From positions 136,352 through 200,351 of the forward strand of contig OZ240220.1 in assembly GCA_965197655.1 (NCBI GenBank): a DNA stretch of 64,000 nt, read 5' to 3'. Each line of letters opens with the position of its first letter. Positions within the stretch are counted from its first letter, which is position 1. This stretch comes from Dehalococcoidia bacterium (GTDB lineage: Bacteria; Chloroflexota; Dehalococcoidia; Lucifugimonadales; UBA3495). This document shows, in pieces, positions 38,977 through 48,059 of this stretch. The position numbers and the translations under genes were made by a program. Below the pieces are notes generated by a model. It did not search any database. It was not told where the DNA came from and saw only the letters and a program-made list of their open reading frames with translations.

Positions 38977-40945
38977 TGTCCGCTACCGCCTCTACCCGCA
39001 CATGAAGGTCGCGCAGCGGGTCAAAGCCGGTAACTGTGAACTCAAACTCATCCGGGTTGTCGATTTCAAGGAATACTGCGTTGCCTTCGCGGCCCGGCCG
39101 GACCTGACAACCGCCAAAATGGATAGTTAGTGTCTCTCCCCGTCCGTGCAATCGAAAGTCTTCGGGATGATAGTTTTTCAAGGGGTTGCCCCGGGGAACT
39201 TCATAGCCCACTTGTAACTGGGCGCGGGAGGGCGGCTCTTCCACTCCTTCGGCCAAAGTGACCCGAAAACCGGAGTTCATTCGGGAAACAGTAAAGTCGC
39301 GGCGGCGGCGCAATGGAGGGTCAATCCGTTTCCTGTTGTAAATCAGTGACCTCTCCCTAGCCCGGCCCCGGTCCGGAGGTGCGATCGCGTCGCCGTCCCA
39401 AAAGAAAATATCGGAAAATGCGTCCTTCTGTAAGCCCTCTTGTGGTGTTTCCAGAATGGACAACATTGTGGCCGGAGCGTGTCTGACGTCATCTATCCGG
39501 CGGCGGGGCGCGACCCAGCGGTCCTGAACCCGGCGGGTTTGTGGTCGCCAGGAAGTGTGGGCTGCCGGCTCGGAATCGCGCAGCATCGCCGCCAGCGGAT
39601 CCCGTTCATCCACTCTCAGTAATGCCCAAGACCGGTACCGGCGGATGTGGTCCATGTCGGAAATAGACAACGTGCCTCTCACGTAGTAATCATGCCCGTG
39701 GGGTAACAAGTCATCTCGCTGTAAGTACAGCCGGAACTCGGTGGGCTTCCGGGCTTCTTTCTTGCGTTGCGCGTACCCACCGATGCGGAAAGCTAGTAAC
39801 TCCCCGGAGTTGTAACGGTCCCGCAAGCCAACCACCGTTGCATAGTCGGCGTCGGTAGGATCATTGCTAGGTAATTCGGCCAAGGTAGTATAAGCAGCGT
39901 CAGGTATGGTAATGCACTCCCGGCACATTTCAAACAGTTTGGCATAGCTCTGTTCGCTAAGTTCTCCGGCGTCCTGTAGGTCCAGGCTTTTAATGACGTT
40001 GTCGATGGTGTTTGTGGTCAGGTCCACGGGCGGCGAGCCGTCACCTTCATCAACGGTAATTTCCAGCCGGCCGTCAATTATCGGGTAGAAGTAGTTGCGG
40101 ACTATGGCAACCAACAAGCCGGAAGCACTGATGTTTTCCTCGTCTTCCGCATTGATTCGGGGAAATGGGATAATTACGGACAGACCGGGTTCACCGCGGA
40201 GCCGGAGGCCAAAGTCGGCAATGCACCGCTCAACGAAAGTCTGCTGGTCGGGGTCAGACATTACCAAAGGTAATTGCAGTCCGTTATCCCCTGCAATGCC
40301 TAAGAAACCGTAGGGCTCGTATCGCTCGTCTCCAATGGTGTGCTTGGTGAGAATAGACTGCCCCATGAGGAGAGTTTTGTCATCCAAACTGCGCTTGGTA
40401 ACGGCGATGTAGGCGCTGACCCGCGAAACGTCAGGGAAAACCCACTTGCCCAATCCCCACGACCCGTTGTCCGAGTCTCCCTTGCCGGAACGTCCGATAT
40501 TGCGGAAAAACCAGAAGAAATGATTTTGATTCCCGGTTTGTTGGTCGGAGTCGTTGAATTGCCACCAATCTCCGTTCAATCCCTGTGTACTGGCGTCCTC
40601 AATTACTAAAAACGGAACTCCACCCGCGGCCAGGTTGTTGTTCAAGACTCGCTCAGCAATATCATCGTCCAGATGCTCCGGGTTGATATGCCCCAGATGC
40701 TCGATAAGCCCGGACAAGTAAGGCGCCGCTCTTTCTGCTGGTAAAGGAGAATGTATTCCAGCCAGTGAAAAACGCATCCTGATGGGGTCTCGCTTGGATT
40801 TGTCGGCAACGGCGTCCAAAGAGTTTTGGATAGACTCGCGGGCCAACCTGGTGTTGATGCCTTCGTTGCCGAATAACTCTCGCTCCATGGGGTCAAAGTT
40901 CATTTCGCCGGGAGCCATAGCGCGAAAACGCCAACGTACTTCCAT
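38942..40945 (-). CDS. GHKL (Bergerat-fold, MORC/Hsp90-like) ATPase with ~400-aa uncharacterised C-terminal region
   Basis: 667 aa. N-box RESIQNSLDA, G1-like FLVIEDASTQGLNG, G2-like GSWGLGKWVF. Lower GC than the flanks. Confidence 0.65.
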   Translation of the reverse strand: MEVRWRFRAMAPGEMNFDPMERELFGNEGINTRLARESIQNSLDAVADKSKRDPIRMRFSLAGIHSPLPAERAAPYLSGLIEHLGHINPEHLDDDIAERVLNNNLAAGGVPFLVIEDASTQGLNGDWWQFNDSDQQTGNQNHFFWFFRNIGRSGKGDSDNGSWGLGKWVFPDVSRVSAYIAVTKRSLDDKTLLMGQSILTKHTIGDERYEPYGFLGIAGDNGLQLPLVMSDPDQQTFVERCIADFGLRLRGEPGLSVIIPFPRINAEDEENISASGLLVAIVRNYFYPIIDGRLEITVDEGDGSPPVDLTTNTIDNVIKSLDLQDAGELSEQSYAKLFEMCRECITIPDAAYTTLAELPSNDPTDADYATVVGLRDRYNSGELLAFRIGGYAQRKKEARKPTEFRLYLQRDDLLPHGHDYYVRGTLSISDMDHIRRYRSWALLRVDERDPLAAMLRDSEPAAHTSWRPQTRRVQDRWVAPRRRIDDVRHAPATMLSILETPQEGLQKDAFSDIFFWDGDAIAPPDRGRARERSLIYNRKRIDPPLRRRRDFTVSRMNSGFRVTLAEGVEEPPSRAQLQVGYEVPRGNPLKNYHPEDFRLHGRGETLTIHFGGCQVRPGREGNAVFLEIDNPDEFEFTVTGFDPLRDLHVRVEAVADNAEGDDAGTQV

Positions 40946-41183
40946 ATCAATACTCCGAAGACATCGTTTCTGCCACTGATATTGCTGATTGCGCGGATAC
41001 TAGCATCGCGCCGGCGCGGTGTCCAGTAGCGGCCAGTTGACCCAATCCCACCACCCGACCGGTTTGACGTAGCAACCCCGCGGGATTAGACTTCTGTTGA
41101 CCCCAACACATCGGACGTACTCTCCGTACTGTCCGTGTACCCTTCCTTGCCGGCTTCCTATCTTCCTTCAGGAGCTATGACCG

Positions 41184-42125
41184 ATGGCGCTACCACCCGA
41201 CCGGATAGACTACCTGCCCATAATTGACCGGCCCGTTATCAAGTGGCCCAATGACGCCCGGGTTGCTCTCTGGATTTCTCCCAACGTGGAGCATTACGAG
41301 TACCTGCCGGAAAACGCCGGGGTGCGTAACCCGTGGCCCCGTACGCCCTACCCGGACGTGCAGCAATACTCCTACCGGGACTATGGCAACCGGGTCGGTT
41401 TCTGGCGGATGCTGGAGCCGCTGGACAAGCACGGGATCCGCTGCTGCGTGTCGTTGAACCTGGCGGTGCTGGAGCATTTTCCCGAGATTGCCGCGGCGAT
41501 GATCGAGCGGGACTGGGACTATATGAGCCACGGCATCTACAACACCCGCTACCTGTACACCTATACCGAGGACGAAGAGCGGGAGTTTTACCGGGACTGT
41601 ATAGATACGCTGAAGCGGCACACCGGCAAGCAGTTGAAGGGAATGCTGGGGCCGGCGATTTCGGGAAGCGTCAGCACTCCCGACTTGATGGCCGAGGCCG
41701 GGCTAATCTATCATACCGACTGGTTTCACGATGACCAGCCCACTCCCATCAAGATCAAGTCCGGCAAGGTCAACTCCGGCAAGGTCAACTCCGGCAAGCT
41801 GGTTTCAGTGCCTTACTCCATTGAGTTGAATGATTCCTCAGTGCTGCGGGACAACCATTACGGGCCTGACTACTTCGCCGAGATTTGCAAGGCGCAGTTT
41901 GACCAGCTTTACCTGGAGGGCGCCGAGAGCGGCCGGGTAATGTGCATCGCGCTGCATCCCTTCCTGATTGGCCAGCCCCACCGGGTCAAGTACCTGGACG
42001 ACATCCTGGGCTACATAATGTCCCACGATGGGGTCTGGCAGACCACCGCCGACGAAATCGCCGATTACTACATCGCCAACTACTACGACCAGGCGGTGGC
42101 GCACGCACAGCAACTTGCAGGGTGA
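41184..42125 (+). CDS. polysaccharide deacetylase-family hydrolase (PuuE/allantoinase-like)
   Basis: 313 aa. WPNDARVALWISPNVEHYEY, HGIYNT and ALHPFLIGQPHR. Contains the in-frame tandem repeat SGKVN x2.7. Confidence 0.8.
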   Translation: MALPPDRIDYLPIIDRPVIKWPNDARVALWISPNVEHYEYLPENAGVRNPWPRTPYPDVQQYSYRDYGNRVGFWRMLEPLDKHGIRCCVSLNLAVLEHFPEIAAAMIERDWDYMSHGIYNTRYLYTYTEDEEREFYRDCIDTLKRHTGKQLKGMLGPAISGSVSTPDLMAEAGLIYHTDWFHDDQPTPIKIKSGKVNSGKVNSGKLVSVPYSIELNDSSVLRDNHYGPDYFAEICKAQFDQLYLEGAESGRVMCIALHPFLIGQPHRVKYLDDILGYIMSHDGVWQTTADEIADYYIANYYDQAVAHAQQLAG

Positions 42126-42176
42126 AGGGACAGTTGATTCGGTTGAACTCATAGATTAACTGGGAGCGCTACCATT

Positions 42177-43088
42177 ATGCCCGCACAACGAACCTTCGGA
42201 ATGGACCACCCACACCACGAGTGGTCGCCAATAGTCACCCGCCCGCCCTTGCGCTGGCCCAATGACGCACCGGTCGCCCTCTGCGTCATCCTGGGGCTGG
42301 ATCAGATGGAGTGGCAGGTTCCGGCGGGGAGTTTTCAATCCGCCCGACTGGCCGGCGGCTCCGCGCCCCGGGACTTTCCCGACTATGCCCGGCTGTCCCA
42401 CCGGGAATACGGCCATAGGGTCGGCATTTTTCGGCTGCTCGACGTGCTGGAGAAACACGGGGTTAAGGCCACCATCGCTATGGATGCGCTGACCGCCGAA
42501 AACTACCCGTATCTGGTGCGGCATTGCCTGGACCGGGGCTGCGAAATCATCGGCCATGGAATCTCCGTCAGCCGGATGATTACCAGCAATATGGCGGAGG
42601 CGGAGGAGCGGGAGTATATCCAGACCTCCATAGACGCATTGACCCGGGCCACCGGCGCGGCCCCGCAAGGCTGGCTTGGGCCGGAATACGGCGAATCCCA
42701 CCGGACCCCGCAGCTGTTGGCCGAAGCCGGTCTGCGCTATGTTTGTGATTGGGCCAACGACGAGCAGCCCTATCCAATGACCGCCGGCTCAGCTCCCTTC
42801 TTTGCCCTGCCCATCCTCTACGAATTGGACGACGTGGCGGCCCTGTGCGACCGGAAGGTCACCGTTGCCGGCTACCAAAGGATGCTTACCGAGAGCTTTG
42901 ATACCTTGCGCCAGGATGGTGCGGCCAATGGCCGGGTCATGACGCTGAACTGGCATCCCTGGCTGGTCGGCCAGCCCTTCCGCGTCGGCAGCGTTGACCG
43001 GGCTTTGGACCACATAATGGAGCAGGGCGGGGTGTGGGCGGCCACCGGGTCTGAAATTATTGATTGGTATCAGTCCCAAAGCGGTTAG
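42177..43088 (+). CDS. polysaccharide deacetylase-family hydrolase, paralog of the preceding gene
   Basis: 303 aa. WPNDAPVALCVILGLDQMEW, HGIS and NWHPWLVGQPFR. Confidence 0.8.
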   Translation: MPAQRTFGMDHPHHEWSPIVTRPPLRWPNDAPVALCVILGLDQMEWQVPAGSFQSARLAGGSAPRDFPDYARLSHREYGHRVGIFRLLDVLEKHGVKATIAMDALTAENYPYLVRHCLDRGCEIIGHGISVSRMITSNMAEAEEREYIQTSIDALTRATGAAPQGWLGPEYGESHRTPQLLAEAGLRYVCDWANDEQPYPMTAGSAPFFALPILYELDDVAALCDRKVTVAGYQRMLTESFDTLRQDGAANGRVMTLNWHPWLVGQPFRVGSVDRALDHIMEQGGVWAATGSEIIDWYQSQSG

Positions 43089-43113
43089 GGGCGGACTATG
43101 CGGTAGTCCTTAT

Positions 43114-43182
43114 CCGCTCGTGGTGAGTCTGTCGAACCACCTGCCGGGCCGGTGCATCCTTCGACAGGCTCAGGATGAGCGG
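43114..43182. repeat. short copy of the FDKLRMSG-type palindromic repeat
   Basis: CCGCTCGTGGTGAGTCTGTCGAACC ... CCTTCGACAGGCTCAGGATGAGCGG, related to the cores of 5221-5344. Confidence 0.7.
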
Positions 43183-43237
43183 GCCAGGCGCCTTAAGTGG
43201 CTACGCGTTCTCCCAAACTGGTTAATGGAGTGAACCT

Positions 43238-44788
43238 ATGGCTTCCTCATTGATTCGCGGCAAGCACCTGCTCAGCCCGGCCAGTTCGGGTGACACCGCC
43301 GTTCTCTACGATGCGGCGGTATATCAGGAGGACGGCGTTATCAAGGACGTTGGCCCCTACCAGTCCCTCAAGGAGCAGTACCGGCCGGATGCTGAACTGG
43401 GCGGCTTGAATTACGCCATCATTCCCGGGCTGGTCAACTCGCACCACCACGGTAGGGGCGTTACTACGCTCCAGATGGGCACCTGTGACGACTGCCTGGA
43501 AATGTGGATTTTGGCCGGTTGGGGGCGCCGGCCCTACGACCACTACCTGATGACCCTCTATACCGCTATCAACATGATGGAATCCGGCACCACCACGGTG
43601 ATGTACAACCATCCACAGACCGCGACGGCCACTCTGAAAGAGGACGTGGATGCCGTGCTGCGCGGGTTCCGGGACGCCGGTATGCGGGTGGCCTTCTCCA
43701 GCTACTTCCGTAACCAGAACCGGGTGGTCTATGCTGACGACCGGGAGTTCCTGTCCGGCCTGCCGGCCGATTTGGCGGAGGGCGTGAGCCGCCACCTGGC
43801 CGTGTCCGATATGACCGATGCTGAATACTTTTCTTTCTTCGCCGAGGTCCACCGCCAATACCACGCTGACCCGTCGGGCAAAGTCCGGGTTCTGCTGAGT
43901 CCCAGCAATGTGCAGTGGAACTCCGATGAGTTCTTGCAGCGCGCCAAGGAGCAGGCGGCCCGCTACCGGACCGGCATCCACATGCACCTGGTGGAGAGCA
44001 GCTATCAGAAGGACTACGGCGTCCGCACCTGGGGCAAGACGCCAGTGGAACACCTGCAAGACCTGGAGTTTCTGGGGCCGGAGCTTTCCTGCGCCCATGC
44101 CGTCTGGCTCACCGACCGGGACATTGAGCTTTTGGCCGGCGCCGGCGCGACGGTTTGTCACAACGCCAGTTCCAACCTGCGGCTCAAGAACGGCATCGCC
44201 CCGGTCAACCCCATGCTGGCCGGCGGCGTCAACGTAGCGATGGGCACCGACAGCACCGGCATCAACGACGATGACGACCTGCTGCAGGAAATGCGGCTGG
44301 TCAGCAAGCTGCACCGGCAGCCGGGTATTGGCGCCCCCGCCATCACCGCAGAGCAGGTCTTGGCTATGGCTACGGCCAACGCCGCTGCTCCCACCGGATT
44401 CGGCGGGGAAATTGGCGTGCTGGAGCCGGGACGTCGGGCGGATATGGTTTTGATTCGGCTGGACGGACTGGAAAGCCCGTACCTGGAACCCGATACTCCT
44501 TCACTAGAGGTAGTCTTGGGGCGGGCCAAAACTCGGGACATTGCCGCCATCATTATTGACGGTGAAGTCCTGTTGCAAGACGGGGCGCACCGGAGGGTTA
44601 ACAAAGAGGATGTGGGGCGGGAGCTGCGAGAGCAACTCTCCCGCCCGTTGGATAGCGGGACGCTGGAGACCCGACGAATGGCGGCGCGGCTGTCGCCTTA
44701 CGTTGAAGAGTTCTACCGGAGCCGGTCAACCGAGAACGGCGCGCCGCCGGTGGGAACTCCTCACTACGTCTATAACAGCCGGACGTGA
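43238..44788 (+). CDS. amidohydrolase-superfamily protein (aminohydrolase/deaminase-like)
   Basis: 516 aa. Metal motif LVNSHHHG, later HLVES, HAVW and GTDS. Confidence 0.8.
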   Translation: MASSLIRGKHLLSPASSGDTAVLYDAAVYQEDGVIKDVGPYQSLKEQYRPDAELGGLNYAIIPGLVNSHHHGRGVTTLQMGTCDDCLEMWILAGWGRRPYDHYLMTLYTAINMMESGTTTVMYNHPQTATATLKEDVDAVLRGFRDAGMRVAFSSYFRNQNRVVYADDREFLSGLPADLAEGVSRHLAVSDMTDAEYFSFFAEVHRQYHADPSGKVRVLLSPSNVQWNSDEFLQRAKEQAARYRTGIHMHLVESSYQKDYGVRTWGKTPVEHLQDLEFLGPELSCAHAVWLTDRDIELLAGAGATVCHNASSNLRLKNGIAPVNPMLAGGVNVAMGTDSTGINDDDDLLQEMRLVSKLHRQPGIGAPAITAEQVLAMATANAAAPTGFGGEIGVLEPGRRADMVLIRLDGLESPYLEPDTPSLEVVLGRAKTRDIAAIIIDGEVLLQDGAHRRVNKEDVGRELREQLSRPLDSGTLETRRMAARLSPYVEEFYRSRSTENGAPPVGTPHYVYNSRT

Positions 44789-44810
44789 TTCAGGGCCGCC
44801 GGCTCACTTC

Positions 44811-45806
44811 CTACTCCCAGGTGGCGAACCCCATAGCGCAGCCGGTGCCGGCCGGGGAGCGATAGCACGGAACGTAGTCCACCAGGTTCATATCCAGGTG
44901 CTCGGTGGCGCCGGTTACCACAATCCAGTTGCGTATTTCGGAGCTGCCGGAGTTTATCTTCTCCCGGGGCAGAGCGGACAGCTTTTCCACACTCTTGGCC
45001 TGCATACCCGCCAGCGCCGCTTGGTCCAGTTCCTCGTCCACCACGAAGTGGCTCAGGCCGCCGGAGGCCAGGATTCCTACCCGGATGTCTTTCGGCCAGG
45101 ATTCAATGGAGGACTTCAGGGCTTGGCCCAGGTTGTAGCACCGCTTGGGCGTGGGCTGGTTGGGCGGGTAGTAGGTGTTGAGCATAATGGGCACGGTGGG
45201 AATCGTGTCGCCGGTCATCAGACGGTTGTAAACGTAGCCAAAGGCGTGGCCGATGCCGCCCTTGGCCCGCCCGCCGCGGTGCGGGTCCAGAAAGCTGGAC
45301 CGGCCCACGTCAAACTCGGCCTCCATCAACCCCTCAATGATGTGGCGGCCGAGGGCGGAGTCGGTGGGCGCCTGCTTGTCTGCGGTGTTGTAGCCGATCA
45401 GCGGCTGCCCGCCGGTGGTTGGGCCGGCCTCGTGGCCGGCAACCTTCACCTCCTTGCCCCAAAAGACGCAGAAAGCGGGCATATTGTCGTCCAGCAGGTA
45501 TTCCTGCTGGTCATCGCCGACCATTACCAGCACATCCAGTCTGGCGTCGTACAGCTTTTGGGACAGGTGGGCGATGGCCTGCTGGTTCTGCTGGTGGCGC
45601 TGCTCAAACCTGGCCGGGGTTATCTCTTTGGCGATACGGGCGGTGTCGGTACGGGCCAGCAAGTCCTCAAAGTTGGAGACGATGCCGTCGGCGCCAATCA
45701 GTTCAATATGGCCCTTGTCCCGCTCGCCCCGGCCGGCCCAACCCTCCGGCGGGGTGCTGAGTTGGGGGCTGTGGGAGGATGCCAAACCCAATACTAGCTC
45801 TGCCAT
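44811..45806 (-). CDS. class III extradiol ring-cleavage dioxygenase (LigB family)
   Basis: 331 aa. N-terminal LGLASSHSP, VMVGDDQ and GGLSHF motifs. Confidence 0.7.
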   Translation of the reverse strand: MAELVLGLASSHSPQLSTPPEGWAGRGERDKGHIELIGADGIVSNFEDLLARTDTARIAKEITPARFEQRHQQNQQAIAHLSQKLYDARLDVLVMVGDDQQEYLLDDNMPAFCVFWGKEVKVAGHEAGPTTGGQPLIGYNTADKQAPTDSALGRHIIEGLMEAEFDVGRSSFLDPHRGGRAKGGIGHAFGYVYNRLMTGDTIPTVPIMLNTYYPPNQPTPKRCYNLGQALKSSIESWPKDIRVGILASGGLSHFVVDEELDQAALAGMQAKSVEKLSALPREKINSGSSEIRNWIVVTGATEHLDMNLVDYVPCYRSPAGTGCAMGFATWE

Positions 45807-45925
45807 TGCCTAACTCCTTTTGGCCGCTGACCTTTCCGCCGAGGTGCAGCGTTGGGGTTCCTGCGAAAATAGCTGGGGCAGATACAATATAGCATATAAC
45901 GGCATTGTCCGGGATTCGGCGGCGT

Positions 45926-46300
45926 TTAACTGCCGGTTTTCAGGTCCTCACTTTCCAAGAGAGCCAACTCTTCTTCTCTTAATTTTGCCAACTTTTCAAC
46001 TGGCGGGTAGCGTTCAACGCTGACCTCGTCCCAACGGGCGCGCATCTGCACGGCGTCGTACCACGCCTGTATCCGTAAAAGCAAGTCCATTTTGAGAGCA
46101 AATCCCTTCTCCAGGCGCAGCGCCAGATCCGGCGACAACCCGATTTTGCAGTCCACCAAGTTGGCAAGGGTCTCCGGGCATACTCCCAGGATTTCCGCCG
46201 CATCAGTTACGCTCAACTTAAACTCCTCCAGTACGTCATAGCGGACGAAGTCGCCGGGGTGGGCCGGAGTCATATTTACTTTAATGCCTTTACGTGCCAT
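45926..46300 (-). CDS. higA: HigA-type XRE-family antitoxin-like HTH protein, no partner toxin gene
   Basis: 124 aa. HPGDFVRYDVLEEFKLSVTDAAEILGVCPETLANLVDCKIGLSPDLALRLEKGF is the HigA/VapI pattern. Confidence 0.7.
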   Translation of the reverse strand: MARKGIKVNMTPAHPGDFVRYDVLEEFKLSVTDAAEILGVCPETLANLVDCKIGLSPDLALRLEKGFALKMDLLLRIQAWYDAVQMRARWDEVSVERYPPVEKLAKLREEELALLESEDLKTGS

Positions 46301-46323
46301 CAGTGGTAATCCTCCAATGTAGT

Positions 46324-46340
46324 GTACGGATTAACCGTAC
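46324..46340. promoter_or_regulatory. palindrome upstream of higA (candidate autoregulatory operator)
   Basis: GTACGG-ATTAA-CCGTAC, 24 nt upstream of the higA start codon. Confidence 0.3.
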
Positions 46341-46420
46341 GATTATGCAATAGCAATCTGCTCTTTCAATCAGCCCGTCATCTTGCTATCCTCTCTACCA
46401 GCAAATCCCCCGGAGTTATA

Positions 46421-46795
46421 ATGCGGGCCTTGAGTATTCGCCAGCCCTGGGCCTGGTTGATTGTTAATGGCTACAAGGATATTGAGAACCGGACTTGGGC
46501 CACCCAATTCCGGGGTCGGGTGTACGTCCATGCCGGACAGCGCATAATCCGGGATGATTTCCCGGAGCAGCGGGCTTACCTGCGGGAGTCGGGCATTGTG
46601 GTTCCGGCAGATTTGCCCCGGGGCGCTATTGTCGGGGAGATAACTATTTCCGATTGCGTTGATTGGTCGGAAAGCCCCTGGTTTTGCGGCCCCTATGGTT
46701 TTACCCTGGCGGCGCCGGTGGCTTATGCCGCTCCGATTCCCCATCGCGGACAGTTGGGCTTCTTTCGGGTGGATGATAGCCGGATTAAAGGGTAG
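46421..46795 (+). CDS. ASCH (PUA-like) domain protein
   Basis: Start moved to ATG 46421 after GGAG. MRALSIRQPWAWLIVNGYKDIENR is the ASCH signature. Confidence 0.7.
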   Translation: MRALSIRQPWAWLIVNGYKDIENRTWATQFRGRVYVHAGQRIIRDDFPEQRAYLRESGIVVPADLPRGAIVGEITISDCVDWSESPWFCGPYGFTLAAPVAYAAPIPHRGQLGFFRVDDSRIKG

Positions 46796-46843
46796 AATAG
46801 GGAACAGAAACCAGCCCCGGCCAACCCTCATAAGGAATCAATC

Positions 46844-47458
46844 GTGCAATACGCAGCTTCCCCGCAAACAAAGCCAATGATGACCATTCAGGACTCGGTA
46901 AAACAGTGCCTGCGAAAGTACGCCGATTTCAGTGGCCGGGCCACCCGCGCCGAGTACTGGTGGTGGTTGCTGGCGACTACCATTGCCAGTATGGCTTTCA
47001 GCGCCGTTGACACCTTTATCAGCGCGTTTGCAGGCGGATATTCTTTTAGTCCGCTGGGAACGATATTTGGCTTGGCGGTATTACTCCCATCTCTGGCGGT
47101 TACCTCACGCCGGCTGCACGACATCGGCAGGACCGGCTGGTGGCAGTTGGCATGGTACATCATCGCCGTTATCGGCTGGATAGCGTTGGCCGTTGGCCTG
47201 GTCATCGTAATAATTGGCTTGGCGCTCGGTGGTTACTTCGAGGTTGACAGCGTTGAGCAGTTCTTCGGTAATCTGCCTTTCGAAATCTGGGTTCCGCTGC
47301 TCATCGGCGGCCTGATTGTGCTGGCGATTAACCTGGCCGTCTTTATCTGGGCCATACTTTGGCTGGTCCGGCAGGGACAGACCGGCCCCAACCGTTTTGG
47401 GCCGGACCCACGAGCGTTGGATGAGCCGGTTCATCCGGCAACCGACGCCATAGAATAA
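46844..47458 (+). CDS. DUF805-family inner-membrane protein
   Basis: YADFSGRATRAEYWWWLL and SRRLHDIGRTGWW motifs, with 4-5 TM segments. Confidence 0.75.
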   Translation: MQYAASPQTKPMMTIQDSVKQCLRKYADFSGRATRAEYWWWLLATTIASMAFSAVDTFISAFAGGYSFSPLGTIFGLAVLLPSLAVTSRRLHDIGRTGWWQLAWYIIAVIGWIALAVGLVIVIIGLALGGYFEVDSVEQFFGNLPFEIWVPLLIGGLIVLAINLAVFIWAILWLVRQGQTGPNRFGPDPRALDEPVHPATDAIE

Positions 47459-47496
47459 TCTCGCGCCCCGGAATGAAATGTAAACGGAGAGATAAT

Positions 47497-47907
47497 ATGC
47501 CCAAGGTAATCCCGGTTCCCGATGCACTGAACCAACCCTTTTGGGATGCGGTGAACGAGCGGCGGCTGATACTCCAGAACTGTACCGCCTGCGACAAGCT
47601 CCAGTACCCGCCCCAAGCGGCCTGCCAGGTCTGCGGTTCCGCCGACGGCCTGGAATGGAAAGAGGTAGCGGGCAAGGGCCACGTCGCCACCTATATTGTT
47701 ATTGAGGACGGACGGCTGAACCGGCGGATGCCCGACCAGCCCTACAATCTGGCCCTGGTAACGCTGGACGCCGATACGTCGGTTAACTTCTACTCCAACC
47801 TGCCTGGTGTCCCTCCGTATGAAGTGCCGGTGGGCGCCGCCGTTGAGATTATGTTTGAAGAAGTGGCCCCGGGGCAGTTGATTCACGAATGGCGGGTGGT
47901 GGGGTAA
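47497..47907 (+). CDS. Zn-ribbon/OB-fold protein (DUF35 family), partner of the thiolase-like protein
   Basis: Start moved to ATG 47497 after GGAGA. CTACDKLQYPPQAACQVCGS zinc ribbon. Confidence 0.75.
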   Translation: MPKVIPVPDALNQPFWDAVNERRLILQNCTACDKLQYPPQAACQVCGSADGLEWKEVAGKGHVATYIVIEDGRLNRRMPDQPYNLALVTLDADTSVNFYSNLPGVPPYEVPVGAAVEIMFEEVAPGQLIHEWRVVG

Positions 47908-48059
47908 TCTCCTGAGATTGCCTGGAACCAGGGCAACCACAAGGGTTGCCCCTACAGTCGACGGCCTATTCCCGGTGGGGGCGCCCCTTGGGGTGCTCTG
48001 CCCGGACAAGACGGGGAGCGCCTTGTCCGGCACCTATCCAAATGTCGAAAGGATAACAA

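Noticed and set aside
48001-48030. 9-bp-stem hairpin CCGGACAAG...CTTGTCCGG between the DUF35 and thiolase-like genes, considered as an attenuator or terminator.
   Set aside because: There is no T-run, and it sits next to a family-4 repeat (47931-47956). It is most likely part of the repeat background. The two genes are expected to be co-expressed.
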